Positions 1 to 13,500 of a stretch of DNA of 64,000 nucleotides are shown here, in pieces. This DNA is from Cenococcum geophilum. Its lineage: Eukaryota. The number at the start of each line of letters is the position of its first letter. Within the stretch, counting starts at the first letter, position 1. Under the pieces are notes generated by a model. The model searched no databases. It had not been told where the DNA came from and saw nothing but the letters and a program-made list of their open reading frames with translations. The position numbers were made by a program, and so were the translations under genes. The stretch is taken from positions 25,110,001 through 25,174,000 of the forward strand of contig CP158635.1 in NCBI GenBank assembly GCA_050273025.1. Direction: 5' to 3'.

Positions 1-920
1 GTGGCGTGTTCCGCCGAGTATAAGTCTATAGCCTATTCGAGATTTAAGAGAATTAAAATAGCCTTGTAGAGAGGGGTTATCTTTAATAAGAGGTGCAACG
101 TTATTAATATCCGCTATAATAATAGAATTAAGGTAGAAAGACGGCTTTCTAATATATGAGCTAGTGGTCCTTTTTTTTTTAATTAGCCCTTAAAAACTTA
201 ATTAGGGGTTAGGAGGAGCTAAAAAAGACCCCTTTACTAATTTAGAAGACTCTAGAAACCGCGTAATTAATAAATAATAAACCTAAGCCTTATCCGTAGG
301 GTTAGCAATAAATAAAAGCATTAGAAGGAAAGCTGGAACAAGTTAAGCCACAGGACGGGCACAGCTCTCTATAGGGGAAGCGTTGCTTATATAGGCTGCA
401 GGGGGAGCTTTTAAAGGGTTACTCCACCAATTTAAGTCACGGACGGTAGCGAAAGGTATAAATAAATAGGCGGCGAGCTCAACAGGGGCTAGCATGGCAG
501 TTAGTGGAGACGCTTACAGCATAGAAAGGTCTGTCACTTACGGGATCATCGCGTAGACTTCTCCAAAACACGATGTGTAATAAAAACCCCCTCCGTACCC
601 TATTGGTCGTATAGATCTTTAACTAGCGTCGCGCCACAGAGAAAGCCTTCAGGTTAAGGGTTATAACCTCCCTATATAAGGCGTGGTTATAAAGAAACTT
701 CATAATAATAAGCGAGACTGGATACGCGTACCGAATTTAAAATCTCGCAGCGATTACTACGTACAGTTAGTGGCGGGCCCGCGTACCGTAGCGAAATAAA
801 TTTTTGTCAAAGGGGGGGAAGTTAGTCGTACAATGCACTGTAAGAAAATTTAGCTGCCCCGCCCTAAAAACTAGTACCCTATATAAAGTTATAAGGGGTA
901 CATCGTTTTAATAGGGTAGG

Positions 921-1053
921 TATAACTGCGCTAGGGCGCGTCACCTACCAAATTCTGCCAACTTCTTCTCCTCCTTCTTCTCCTTAGCTTAGTATCTTTA
1001 TTAGATAGCAATCCACAAGCTTTAGTTTAGAGGTATTTATATAAGCCGTTACA
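921..1053. mobile_element. Degenerate solo LTR related to the LTRs of the 10582-16772 Gypsy element (inverted relative to them)
   Basis: Starts tataac (RIPed TGTAAC) and ends aagccgttaca; contains ccttagcttagtatc, matching the reverse complement of the gatactaagctaaag motif in the 10582 LTR. No TSD found. Confidence 0.7.
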
Positions 1054-1379
1054 AAGACTTAAAGGGCAATCTTATAAAATATAGAAGCGTTATAGCGCCC
1101 TCCTTTTATAAGCTTGGGCGTCCCTATAGGATTAGCAAGGCTGACAAGCGCGCGGTAATAGAATGGATAAAGAGGGAGGGCTAGAGGTAGTAGGACAAGA
1201 TCGTCCACTAGCCTACGATAGAGCGAGGGACTATTACTTCTCAACCGTTAGTCTCGCGTATATTAAAAAGGAATAACTAGACTTAAAAGGAGGCTTGTTA
1301 GCTATCGCTAGCCGCCAGCTAGTCTCTTTAGCAACACTATCTTAAGGGCGTTGGCCGATTTAACGCAGAGGATCTAGTA

Positions 1380-1870
1380 TTTTGTCAACCATTAAGGTCA
1401 CTATTAGGTACTACCTTATAACTCACTACCCTGTTTCCTACCATCTTACCTACCTTTAACTTAGTCATCGACTTAGTCATTAACCCAGTCATTAACATAG
1501 TCACCGACTTGGTTACCAACTTAGTCTACTGCCCTTTCCTTATGTATATAGAGTTCTTATAAGTGACCTATCCGTCTAACACGGCCCATTATTATAATAG
1601 AAAAAGTGGAGTATTTAAGTATCAGCATATATCGACCTAAATTAAGGTTCCTTACCACTATTATACTATTATCTGTCAACCTAGATCGTCTATATAAACT
1701 TTATCTTAGTTGTCTCCCAACTTACAACTAAATATCTCATTACCTATTTCTATTACCTGACGGACAACTACGTCGTCCGTCTATTTTGCCACCTATTTAA
1801 TATATATAGAGAGCTTCTAGAGCCCTCTTTAATAAACAGAGTTCTTATTCTTAATTATCCGTTTAACAGC
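1380..1870 (-). repeat. Dispersed mosaic repeat module (probable fragment of an expanded gene family)
   Basis: Reverse complement matches 49755-49940, 20003-20070, 37775-37925 and 47180-47320; same-strand match at 25105-25190. Core motif gaactctgtctatt...ctctatatatata. Confidence 0.7.
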
Positions 1871-2019
1871 ATACAATTACTAGGTAGGATATGCTTACCC
1901 ATAGCGGCGATAGGCGCTCCGCTGAGATCTCAGACTTACTTACCTTTAAGTTTAAGGGCGAAGGCCCTATTTACCACTCGCGCCGGCAAGCAAAACCAGC
2001 ACGGCCGCCTTAAGACCTT

Positions 2020-2740
2020 AGAGCTCTACGTGTGGACATAGACCTATTAGAAACAAAAGAGAGGGTAAGTTAAAAATCTATGGCCGTCCAAGTGACGGTA
2101 AACTCAAGACGCTACGTTATAAAGTCGTTAAACGCAACACTGCTTTAATAAAATCTATCTTTAACGGACTAGCTACTAAGTAGTAGAAGAACAGGGGAAC
2201 AGCAAACTTAAAGACAGTTCTAGCCCGGTTACCGCTATATATACTAAAGCAAACTCTATATACCTATGGTTTAGAAAGTAATCAGATTAATTAAAAATGC
2301 TCTATAACCATCAGCCCGGCCTTAAATCCTATCTATCTTTATTTCTTTTTACCACAAAATACTTATCCATACTTAGTATATATATAACTAAAATTCTAAT
2401 TAGTGTTATTTATATATAAATCTGATTTAGTTTAAATTACAATATATAATCCGCATCCCCTCTTAGGAATCCCCGCCCACATCTAGGACAGACGACTGGC
2501 TCTCTAGAGGTATGTTTCTTTATAATATACTGGCTTAGTAATTTCTAGTTTTAGAAGCGGACTTGATTTTTTTTGTATATTAGATGTTGGCAATAAAATC
2601 CTTTTAAAGTTGACTTTCGATGGTTCTTAATATGGTCGTTTAATAATTTCTAGCTTTTAAACCCCATATTTTTTATAGCACACTTTAGATGTTCGCACGT
2701 AAAAGCCATTACTTAAAGACGAAAAAGCTAAGAACCGGAA
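2020..2740 (+). pseudogene. RIP-degraded paralogue of part of the F-box-like gene at 20080-21906
   Basis: Aligns by eye in blocks, with indels, to the reverse complement of about 20585-21360 (e.g. gcccggttaccgctat; gatgttcgcacgtaaaagccatt). Confidence 0.55.
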
Positions 2741-3471
2741 AGTCCGATTTTTATATTAAATATATCTCGTAATAAAGTTGGTGGGTATAACTACCTCCTA
2801 AATATGCTTAATTAAAATCCAATCAACTACATTTACAGTCACTTATGAAACCAGCTTCCACTTTATGGGCCGTATTGGAAAATTTACCCCGCTATTACTT
2901 GTAAGTAGGAGATGGCGGTCTTATAGGACGAGTTTAGAATTCTACTATCTATAGTAAGCATTAACAGAGCGCTAATATCTATTGTAAGCTTTGTAGTATA
3001 GGTATTAAACAAGCGGCTTGATTGTAAATATAGCTCTAAAGTCTCTATATATACACGAGGTAGGGTATAAGAAGATAACGACTATAATCCACAATGCTAC
3101 TATAAACAGCGCCACTTAGTCGGTAATAGGTAATAGAAATAAGTAGTGAGATATGCGATGGCAAGAAACAGGGTGGCGAGTTATAAGGTAGTGCAGGCTT
3201 TAGTACCGGTAGTCGGTTACAAGTATAGAAGAGGCTAGAGTAGTGGCAAATCCAGTATAAGGGAGGCAATAAGTATCGCAAAGGCTTATTAGAGAGCTAT
3301 AACGAAACCCACAATACCGCCTACTAATTAAGCTTCGTAGAGAGCCAAAATCCATCTTCTATCAGCCTTATTCCTAATCCAGAACGCCAAGAAAGCGGTT
3401 TTTATAGCTTATTAGTGGCGCATTTGTGGCGCAGGGAGGGCCTTCCTACCGTTCCTACTATATAGGAGCCT

Positions 3472-3642
3472 TGTTAGCGACTTAGTCAATTAAGGCGAGG
3501 ATCTAAAGCTAGAGAAAGGAAAGGAGAAGAATAGCAGCGCCGCTTGAAGTTATATGCGGTCTTCAAGTTACGTAAACTCACGTAACTCTGCGTCTACCAT
3601 AACGTCTACTATAATGCACTATTTTCTACCAGCGCCGTAACA
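3472..3642. mobile_element. Solo LTR (family of the 39106-44979 Gypsy) with internal deletion
   Basis: TGTTAGCGAC...GCCGTAACA termini; 5-bp TSD AGCCT on both sides. Confidence 0.92.
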
Positions 3643-3758
3643 AGCCTATAGCCGCTGTTCCTAAGCTAGATCTTGAAGTTATTAACCTTCTAGATAACTT
3701 AATATTCGCCGCTCGGCGTGCTAGTAAGCCTATTAGCGGCTTTAACGCGGACGTTAAA

Positions 3759-3983
3759 TGTTAGCAACTTAGTCAATCGAGGTATAAGCATGGCAAGAAG
3801 GACGCATACAAGCCTATATAATTAGATTGTCTATAAACGAGGATCTAAAGCTAGAGAAAGGAAAGGAGAAGAAAAGCAGCGCTAGTCGAAGTAGGGTTCT
3901 TTTATATGGTCCTCTAGTTATATAACCGTAAAGTTCTACCAAGTTCTACTAAAGTTCTACCGTTTTCTGCTAGTGCCGTAATA
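3759..3983. mobile_element. Solo LTR (family of the 39106-44979 Gypsy)
   Basis: TGTTAGC...GCCGTAATA termini; TSD TTAAA on both sides; colinear with the 39106-39317 LTR. Confidence 0.92.
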
Positions 3984-4239
3984 TTAAATCTAATCTTTCT
4001 ACTTAATCAGTTTATAAATACTTAACAGCATGCCAAGACGAAACAAATAAGTGTAATAACACAACTACGTCTTTAGGTGTCTATTATAAACCCTAATAGT
4101 AGTTCTTTTAAAGGCGCTAGGGTATAGATTAAAAAATAAAAAAACCCTTATAGTGAAAAGTCTTCGCATTTTCTTATAAATGAATATTTGCCCCAAATGC
4201 TTATAAATATATTATTAACAACCCTATCTCTCTAATTGA

Positions 4240-5560
4240 CTAAAGCCGCTCATTAAAGGAAGATACTATAATGCCCCTAGATCTACATCTGTAGGGGTAA
4301 TTACGGTAAGTGACAACGGGTAAGAACTTTAACAATCCTCCACCACTAAAAAAAGACAAAGAAAGGCCAGAAGTAATAAAAGGAGTATGGCTAAAAACAA
4401 AGCCAGTAGAAAACCTATACAATATTTTAATTAGTATTTCTACAGTTCTTGTAGAAAACCACTTCTTAGACGCTAAATAACGCGTATCTACAGTACCTGC
4501 AGAATCCTAATAATAAAAAATTTCTCAAAAGCAAGATCGAACATATAATAAAATATATGCCCGTATACTTTCTTATAGATTGAGAAATGCCCCATAGTAA
4601 ATTTATAAAGATCCGATTAGAATCTAGAATAATGCCAATGAAAATCAAAGGCTGTCTCTAGGAGCGCCAGATAGTCGAGTTAATTTAACCTTTTATATAT
4701 AACTCTGCTAATAACATCGAGTGCCGTTTCGTCAGGTTTAACTTAGTCAGCTATTATTAACCTTAAAAGTCCGTAATTTAGCTAGTCTAGTAAAAGGCTC
4801 CCTACAATCTAAGTGCCGACTAAGGCTAAAAGCTTTTAACCCTTTATAACTACTAGTTTCACAAAGACTAGTATAGGCACCTTAAGGACTTTATTAATAA
4901 ACAAGCATATACTATTTTCGCCTAGTATATCTTAGATAGCTAGTAGATGTTAAAGCAATAAGCAGGCATTGTCTTTACTTAACAATCCGGCGTCAATATT
5001 CTTAAGAGCTAAATAGGCATTACCCCTCCTCTAGAATTTCCGTTCAATTTAAGGCACTTTCTTTAGCACACCTAGTAAAATCTCGTTTTCAAACTTAACG
5101 GGGTTTTCTTTATCTAAAGAATAACAAGGCTCTCCATCCGAAGAACACCAAGACTCTTTATCCAAAAAATCTTCAGGGTCCCTTATTAGGTCATACTTAT
5201 ACGAAATTTTAGCTAGCTTTGCTATTTAGGAGCTTAATTAGTTTAAAGGGCCAAAGGACAGTGCGTTCTTAATTTCCTGGCAGAGAGGTAGCTATAATCA
5301 ATAGTACTACGGTAGGGTTTAAAGTGCTTAAGGTAAAACTGCTTTAAATAAGATAATGCTAAAGCTGCTTATAGCTCCCTTTTTATATTCCCTAAATATA
5401 GCTACCTTCTAATTATAAACCTAGTTATTGCCTAAAGGGGGAATACAATAGTATACGCCACTATTACAGGGATTTCATCCTTATTCAGAGCTAGAAGGGT
5501 GGCGGCGGTGGGGACAACAGTAGGGGCGACGTTAAGAGACTAAAAAAGCTAAGAGAGGAT
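4240..5560 (-). pseudogene. Probable RIP-degraded gene of unknown function
   Basis: Long coding-like stretches on the minus strand broken mainly by TAA/TAG; no recognisable domain. Confidence 0.3.
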
Positions 5561-5804
5561 AGTACCTTAGTAATGCACACACGCAGCTTCTCTTCTTAAA
5601 GAGCCAACACTAAGTTATTAGGGCGACAACGATTCCAATTAGTGGCCACACTTAATTAGTAAATTGTAGTAGAGTCTTCTAGAGGTGGAAAAATAAGAAC
5701 TACGCCTCTTAGATTTATCGGCATTATATCTTGCCGTGTGTTTACACTATACGCACAACTAGGATCAGCCTCTGGCCCACATATAGACGCGCTAAATAGA
5801 TGCT

Positions 5805-7798
5805 GGATCAGCTTTTAAGTTTCATAAAGGTGTTTCTACTAGCTCTCTCGTAGGTCTACTATAAAAAGCTCTCCTCGCGAAGATTAACATTTTACACCGT
5901 TTCTTTCATCCGCACAGCGCGCCATATATCGTCGGCGAGCCCGCCAGTGCCGTATACACTCACGCAGGCGGCGCTAACGCCCTCCTACATCTCCTAGTCA
6001 ATAACCGCCTAGATATTAGGTTTGCTGGGAAATATCTAAACAGAGGAGCTAGGCGAGTAGATCTCCTTAGTAAAGCGTAGATAGGTAACGAAAAGAAGGA
6101 CCCTAAACACGTCACGACGGCGCGGCATAAAGAGAATGGTTGTTATCCATAAACGGATCCATTTAAGATGCTTAGAAGACTGGATAATCTAGATAAGCGT
6201 AAGTTAGCGGGTTATAGTAGTGCCGTTAGCGAAGCCGGTAACGATGTTCTGTATATACGGCACTTAGTATATAATACTAATACTAGTGGCCTAGAGCATA
6301 ACAGTACTATAGGATATAAGGTTTTTGCCGCCTAATTAATAGGATTTAGTTATATGTTTTACTTTTTTACGGTATATAAAATCTTTTCTAAAAGTTATAA
6401 TAGAGCTAGGTAAGCTTACTATATAGCCCTTTAATTAATGCGAAGGTAGTAAATTTGCTAGCTAGTAAGATATTAGCCTTCTTAAATAGTCTCTTAGTAA
6501 AACCAGTGCGACGGCGTATAATTATAGAGATACTCGTCTTACGCATTTCTAAGATATCTTTCTCTTCACTAAGGCTTTCCTCTTTGTCGCTCTAGGTAAA
6601 TAAGAATAGATAGTTAATCTAAAGCCCAACAGATAGCATATAGAGGTAGGCATATTAGCTAGGCCGGAAAATCTATAGGTAAGCCATGTGGATAGTAACG
6701 CGTATAGCATCGCCCGGAAGGACCTTAACGTTAGCTTTTATACCACTACTACCGACATTACGTATAATAATAAGGGTAAGATAGCAGGTTCGCTATTTCT
6801 ACAATTAAATAACGTTCGGCTAAGAGGACATTCTTACTTACTTTAAAAACCTATAGAGATATAATACTATATATAATTCTAAGCTGCAGAAGTTCCTTTA
6901 GATAAATCCATACTGTAGCAACTATAAGAGATATAGCTGCAATATAAAAGTAAAGGGAAGTCTTATAGAAAGCGTAGTAGATGGCAGATAGAGAGTGCAA
7001 CAGGATAAAAACAACGAGGCCGTACCCTAGAATATTAATTATTTACCCTATAACTCTTATTATGGTCGTGACTTATAATAACTCCCCACATAATTATATC
7101 GCTCTGTTTAATAGTTACTACTAAGGAACTCCGCCTAGCTATATTTGGTTAGCTGCTAGCCGTTTTTAGAATGCGAAATATTGGTTTTCCTTACTTAAAT
7201 ATACCTTACTAGTAATAAATGCAGATAAGTAAGCAATGGCCTTAAGCACAACAATTCGTCCAAACTAGCAATAGATAAGGTTAAAGGTATTAAATAAGAT
7301 GCCGTAGAACGTAATAAAGGGATTATTTTGCCTAGTAAGAAGGAATAGCGGAAGTATATTTATAACAGCGAGAACACCAGTATAATTACGGAATTCACTT
7401 ATAACTTCCTTATATATTTTACTCTAGTTAATACTAATGACGCAAAATGCAACATTGGTGCTAAAGTATCCAACTAAAAAGACTATTTAAAGACGGCTAG
7501 GCAGTATTCCAATATAGATAGCGGTTAACAGCTTAAGCTCCTAATAATAGCGGTTTCTAAAGAGGGGTATATCTAGAAAGTATTTCTTAAATCGTCCAAA
7601 TATAACGCTAGGAGCGGCGAAGTAGCGTTATATCTTATTGCTAAGGCAAGCAACTATCCTAACATAGCGTATAAAGTAGAAGACAACTTAATAGATAATA
7701 AAAGATCCTATAATAGCCACCCAAATCCATCTAAGCCAGTAGGAAATTTTGGTATTCTCTAAGTCAGCAGGAGTTAGCCCTTATTATACTCTTCCCAT
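5805..7798 (-). pseudogene. Ferric/cupric reductase (FRE-type transmembrane metalloreductase), RIP-inactivated
   Basis: Back-corrected motifs in order: RNRTGVLAVVNMLPLFLLAGRNNP, FNLIHRWFGR, AFYET.LHFH, RPGQYAYLY...HPFS, EGPYG, GIGITHQVPY, LIWIIQSSEHLEWIR, VSVCGTGGLADDIRRAVR, EESF; GT-AG introns. Confidence 0.88.
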
Positions 7799-9939
7799 TA
7801 CTCTACCTAATAGAGTTTTACCACCTTTAACCGTAACGAGGCCTGGTAAGACTGCGATAGATATTCATCAGAGGAGATTGGTTAAAGTTATTGCTCTAAA
7901 ACGAAGTGTTAAAGTGTGGTACGGCTAGCAGTGACAAAGTCGAGATAACCCACTTTATAAATTAAGGGTGCTTTTACTCCGTACTATAGAGTAGATCGCA
8001 GCAGTGGGGAGCAAATAAGTACTAGGATCAATCTGCCTTAACTAAAAATAGATAGAAAGGGACAGAAGCAAAAATTAAATAAGTAATGCAGCCAAACCGG
8101 GACGAGGCTAATTTGTAGTGGTGGGTTATACGGGGGAATGATAAGCCCGGTAGCCGGCAATATTAGGTACAATACGTCTTAACTATTACCTACTTTAGTA
8201 ATTCGGAACGTTAGAGCGATGGGGTTCCTTTTATTAGAAAACAGGCTCTTAGTGCATAAAGGCTGCAGGTTTGTGTAATTAGGAAGGCGAACGTCTAAAA
8301 CAATTGAAGATATTTAATCAAGAAGTAGACGCGAAGTAATAAGCAGCTAGCTAATGGTGGTAAGAAAAAGGGCAATAATATCCTCTACGACAAAGCTAAC
8401 TAGAAAGTTAGAGGAAGGAATGCGGAATTATATACGTGCGTAAAGGAGGGAGTACTAGTAAAATAAGCGACTAGAATAAGTGCGGGTTAAGGGGAGTTTG
8501 ACTTAAATCGTCGCGAAGGGCTATGAGGAGCCGATTAGTAATAGGTTACTTAGCTTTTAGAAACGCAATACGCTAGGCGGTATTAGAGCAGCGCTATAAC
8601 ACTAGCAAAGAACGGCTTGCTAATGGCTGTGATAAAAAATGGCGGCTGCGAAAAGTCGCTTTAAGTCTTGCCCAGGTAAGCGCGAGCAGTACACTATAAG
8701 AAAAGTCCTATTATGCTTACGCTAACCTAAAATAAGTGCTAGTTACACGTATTATTAAGTAGACAATGCCATCTACGGTTAAATAGATGTAAATATTATA
8801 TAAAACAATCTATATAGCTTATCCCTTAGAGTTAAGTCACTTAATATAAGATAGTTTGTCCTTTCTACAGAACGGAATCTAATATATTTTACACCTAAAA
8901 TGCGTCCTTAGCGCTTGCAGAGGCCTCTAAAAGGTGTAAAATTAAGCAGCAGCTACAGCTCTAGTGGTGGGTTTTTAGCAACCTGATTTGGTTAAATATT
9001 ATATTACGTCTGCTAAACAAGATCTATATTATTAGAAGTACGATTAATGTATAAGAATTATTCGCACTACAGACTTCGAGTAAGGCTTATCCCTTTACTA
9101 AATCTTATACAAAATTAACTTAGTCTAGATTCTAGGAATATAAATACTAGTCTTTACGCTAAGTGTTAAAATCATTATAGAGCGTAATATACGTAGTCTA
9201 AAGCTAAGCGGCTGTTATTATAGACTTGTATAAGGCTATTACCTAGAACAATACCCTCTATTACACCTAGGGAAAAGATAGGGAAGAGGCCATCGCAAAG
9301 TAGCATGCTTTATATGCATTAATTTGCGGTTACAGCCTATTTAGGGCTTATTAATTAATAGCGTTCGCATAACGTATAAGAGAGTTAGTGGCGGTAAAGG
9401 GACGGCAATAGCAAAAGTTTAAAGGCAAATTCAAAAAATGAGTAGAAGGCTTACCGCGCGACTAAGCTAAGCGTCTCGCTTAGGTAGGGGAAAGACTTTT
9501 AGTAACTTAGCTGCTTCGAAACCCGCCTTAAAGGAAGCACTGCCATATAAGGCTTATAACACCCCAACTCTAACACATTTCTTAGGCCGAAACACAGTTA
9601 CCCTCATTTTATAGGGGGGAGGCTCATATATAGCTTCCTTAAGGCGCTTTTACAAGGCCAGCTTCGCCTTCACTATAGTTATACTAAATCTTCTTAAAGG
9701 CCAGTTAAGTATTAGTATAAAGGTTTAAGTATTCCGGGAACCATAAAAGAATCTTCACTTATTACTATATTAAACGCCTAGGTAAAAGACCAAAGTCTCC
9801 TAACTATATTTAACCCTATAGCGATATAAATTATAAAGCAGTTTGCCTTAAGTCAGTAAAATGTTAATAATAGTTCTTTCTCCATTCCACTTAGGTTTAA
9901 CCTATAATAACGATCCTTCTCCTTTACTTCCTCACCAAG

Positions 9940-10581
9940 ACTTGGGCACTAAAATATTCGGTAGTATTAAGAAGTTCGCGCGCAGGAACCTTAACCCTAC
10001 CTTCTTAATAAGTATATCGGCATATTCAATTGTTATAAGCCGTAAGTTAACCCCTAGGCATAGTGTTCCACCATTATTAAACAACTCCTTTGGCTTATTG
10101 TCGCCCGCCACCCACTAACTAGGTAAATTATATCAGAATACTCTCCTTCATTCTGCCCTAGACTTATATTTCTTTATAAATCGTCCTAGTATAAACGCGT
10201 TCACTACGCCTTTAAATAAGCCACCTCCGGTATATACGCCCGCACCATAGGCGGCACTAATACAATCTCTCGCCACCGCTGCGTAACTCCCTACTAATAA
10301 CCGCTATATATTTCTAAGTTCCTTTAACACTATCTTCCTAATTAATGACAGCGGTAGTATAGCAGGCCGCTTGTAGCGAAAAACTAAAAAAGCGCTAGAA
10401 ACTATTATACTAATTTATATAGCCTATAATGCCGATAGTATTAATATCTACTTTCTAAATAACCCCGATAGTACCTATTATCGTAATATTACTACTCCTG
10501 CCACTATTACTAAGATTTTCACTTCTATACGCCTAATAGGTGGCACGCCTACTAGGTAGCGGTTAAGCTAAATTATTAGAC
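9940..10581 (+). pseudogene. von Willebrand factor A (vWA) domain protein, 5' part (interrupted by Gypsy insertion)
   Basis: FDTIFLIDDSGSM (MIDAS DxSxS) near 10320-10360, HDADGIDIHFLN, GGTPTG. Start position approximate. Confidence 0.85.
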
Positions 10582-13500
10582 TGTTACGGCTTAAATAAAT
10601 GCCTCTGAACCGAAGCTTGAACGAATGCTGTATTACGAAGATACTAAGCTAAAGAGAAGGAAAAGGGGTCGCTAGGACCGATGTAAACAAATATATAGGG
10701 TGAGCCGCCAAGGCGCTAGCTTTAGGCGGGCCAATCGCAGGTCGGCAAAATATGGTAGAATTTTGGCAGGTAACGTGCGATAGCGCCGTTACATCACCCC
10801 CCTCTTTAAAAGAAAGCCTACCCTTAGGCTTAGTTAGAAAAAATAGGGTAGCACTAGGCTTATAAACGTAGGATTATAAAAATATAAGATGAGGAGATAA
10901 AGGGGATATAAGTCCGTCCTAACTAAGTACAAAGGGCGATTGTGGGCTAAGTGGAAGCACTAGGCCAGAAAGAGTAGTTACTAAAAGTCTTGGCACGGAT
11001 CTGACCAATTAGACAACTTTAACCAGCGGTTAAAGTTCCTAGATATCTGAAATTTTACGGTACTGGCAGAAAATGGCAGAATATGGCAGAATTTGGCAGA
11101 CAGCTATATTAGGGCTTTAGGGCGTTTTTGTCCCTATATTCTTCCGGTAACTTATTATCTTTATTATACCAGCATTCCATTCATTTGTCTAGGTACTTCG
11201 GGGGTCTAGGCGCATTAAGGTATTAGTTATAAAATTCTTTAAGCTTCTAGGGGCAGCCTATAAAGTTCCACGCAGGGTACTAGGTTAGGTCAGGATCGTA
11301 GCCCTTTTATTAGACACGGTATTTTAGCGCTCCCCATACTATCTTACAGGCTAGCATTTCGTTAACCTCCTATTTATTATCACCGTTTACTTAAACTAGT
11401 AGGGGAGGCTCGTTCTTTTGTCCAGGCAATAGGTCGTTCGCAGCTTTCCGTAACTTGTCTAGTAAGAAAATAAAGTAAACCCTAATTAAGTCTGGGAGCT
11501 TTATCTTATATAAGTTGCCTATCTTCTTAAGAACCTCATACGGTCCTACCATCTGGTAGTCTAGCTTACGGCTAGGTCGTTCAGTCCTCTAATTCCTTAT
11601 TATAACCCAGACTATATTACTAGGGGCAAAATCGGGCTCTTAACGGTGTTTATTTACCTACTATTCCATTAACCTTTAAGCTTTTTCCAGGTTCTTACGG
11701 GCTACCATCTAGGCCTCCTCCAATTGTTTAGCGTACTATTGGGCCTCAGTATAGGATAGCTTCTCTCGTATAGTCTAGGGTTCTTCTAGCCTTTTCCAGT
11801 CAAAGCTTATACAGGGTAAGTATCCCATTTCTAGCTAAATTGGGGCAAACCCTATAGAGTTATAGGGTAGGGTTACTTACGCGTAGTCTATTAAGGGTAG
11901 TAGTTTAGACCAATTATCCTAGAAATAGTTAATAAAGGGCCTAAGCCTCTAGTCCAGGTACTAATTTATAATCTCTATCTAACCGTCTGTCTAGGGGTAA
12001 TAAGCTATAAAAAGCTTTAGCTTAATACCTAAGATCCGGGTAAACTTATTCCAGAAGGCTAATATAAACTATGGCCTATAATCGGACACAATAGTATCTA
12101 ATAGTCCGTAGATTTGGTAGACGTAATAAACATATAGCTGGGCTGCCTCTTTAGCATTAATATTTTTATAACATGGAATTAAAAACGGGCGTTTACCAAA
12201 GCGGTTAACTATAACTATAACTATATTGTATCCGTCACAGTCCCTAGGTAGTTCGTAAAAGTCTATAAAGATATACTGCTAAGGGCGCTCTAGTATCGGA
12301 AGTGGCTTAAGTAGTCCTAGGGTCTTATCCCGTAGAATTATAGCTCTCCGGCAGTCTTCGCAGTTCCATATATATTAATTAATATCCGCAACTATTCTTA
12401 GCCAGTAGTAGCGGCAGTTAATAATTTTACGGGTCTTATTCTTACCAAGGTATGCCATAAAGACTTAGCAATAAGCTTCGCGGATTAGTTTAGTCTATAG
12501 ATTATTAACGTTAGGGACTATAAGCCGCTCCTAGTATAGGAGCAATCCTTCCTCCGTTTTAAAATTGGGGTCTTCTTTTACAGCTTATTTATAGAGGGCC
12601 CTTAGGGCATTAGCCATGCGGTTTGCAGTTAGGAGGCGGTCAATTAGCCCTATTAGCTTATCTAAGGACTCCTCTATTAGTGCTAGCTCGTTTTACTAGA
12701 AGTTTAGCTCCTTAAGGATCCGCAGGTCGAGCTATTCTAGATAGAGGAGGGCGTGCGTCTGGTATTGGGTCTTTAGCTCATCCTAGGGTCCTACGTCTTA
12801 TTCTCTTTAGGTTAAGGTATTAGCCTTAGAGTTTTACTTACCAGAATAATACATAATCGTAAAGAAGAATTAAGAGAGTATTTCGGCCCACTAGGCTTAT
12901 CGCCCTGTAAGCTGCTTTATAGTTATAAAGTACTCTAGGGCTTTATAATCTATATATATCTTAATCTAAGAGTTCGTACCTTTAAGCTCTGCGCGCTATT
13001 AGGAGAGTAATTAAATAATAGCTAGCATTTCTTTATTGTGTACTTCGTAGTTACACTTAGCCGGGTCTATTATCTTTAAGAAGAAAGCTATAGGGTACTA
13101 TTTACCGTCTAGATATAACTGTAATAGGATTCCCACTATGACCCTATTAGAGGCGTTTGTTTTTAATATTAATTTAAGGTCCGGATTATAGTAATAAAGA
13201 ATTAGGGAAGAGATAAGCCGATCCTTTACCTCTTCGAAGGCCTCTATATAGCTATTATTAAAGACAAAAGGTATATCCTTCCTGGTTAGTTATATAAGAG
13301 GTTTTGCTATAATTCTATAGTTACGGATAAACCGGTAGTAGAAATTATAAAAACCAAGGAAGGACTGGATTCCTTTTACTATGCGAAGGGGCTTCCAGTT
13401 ACGGATTGCCTCTACCTTTTTAGGGTTAACCTTAATTCCTTCCATAGTTACAATAAACCCGAGGTATTTTATATATTTTACCCCAAACTCGCATTTCTTA

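Noticed and set aside
1..900. Starship captain (DUF3435) or another element terminus
   Set aside because: A minus-strand coding-like stretch from about 495 has no recognisable tyrosine-recombinase motif; left unassigned.
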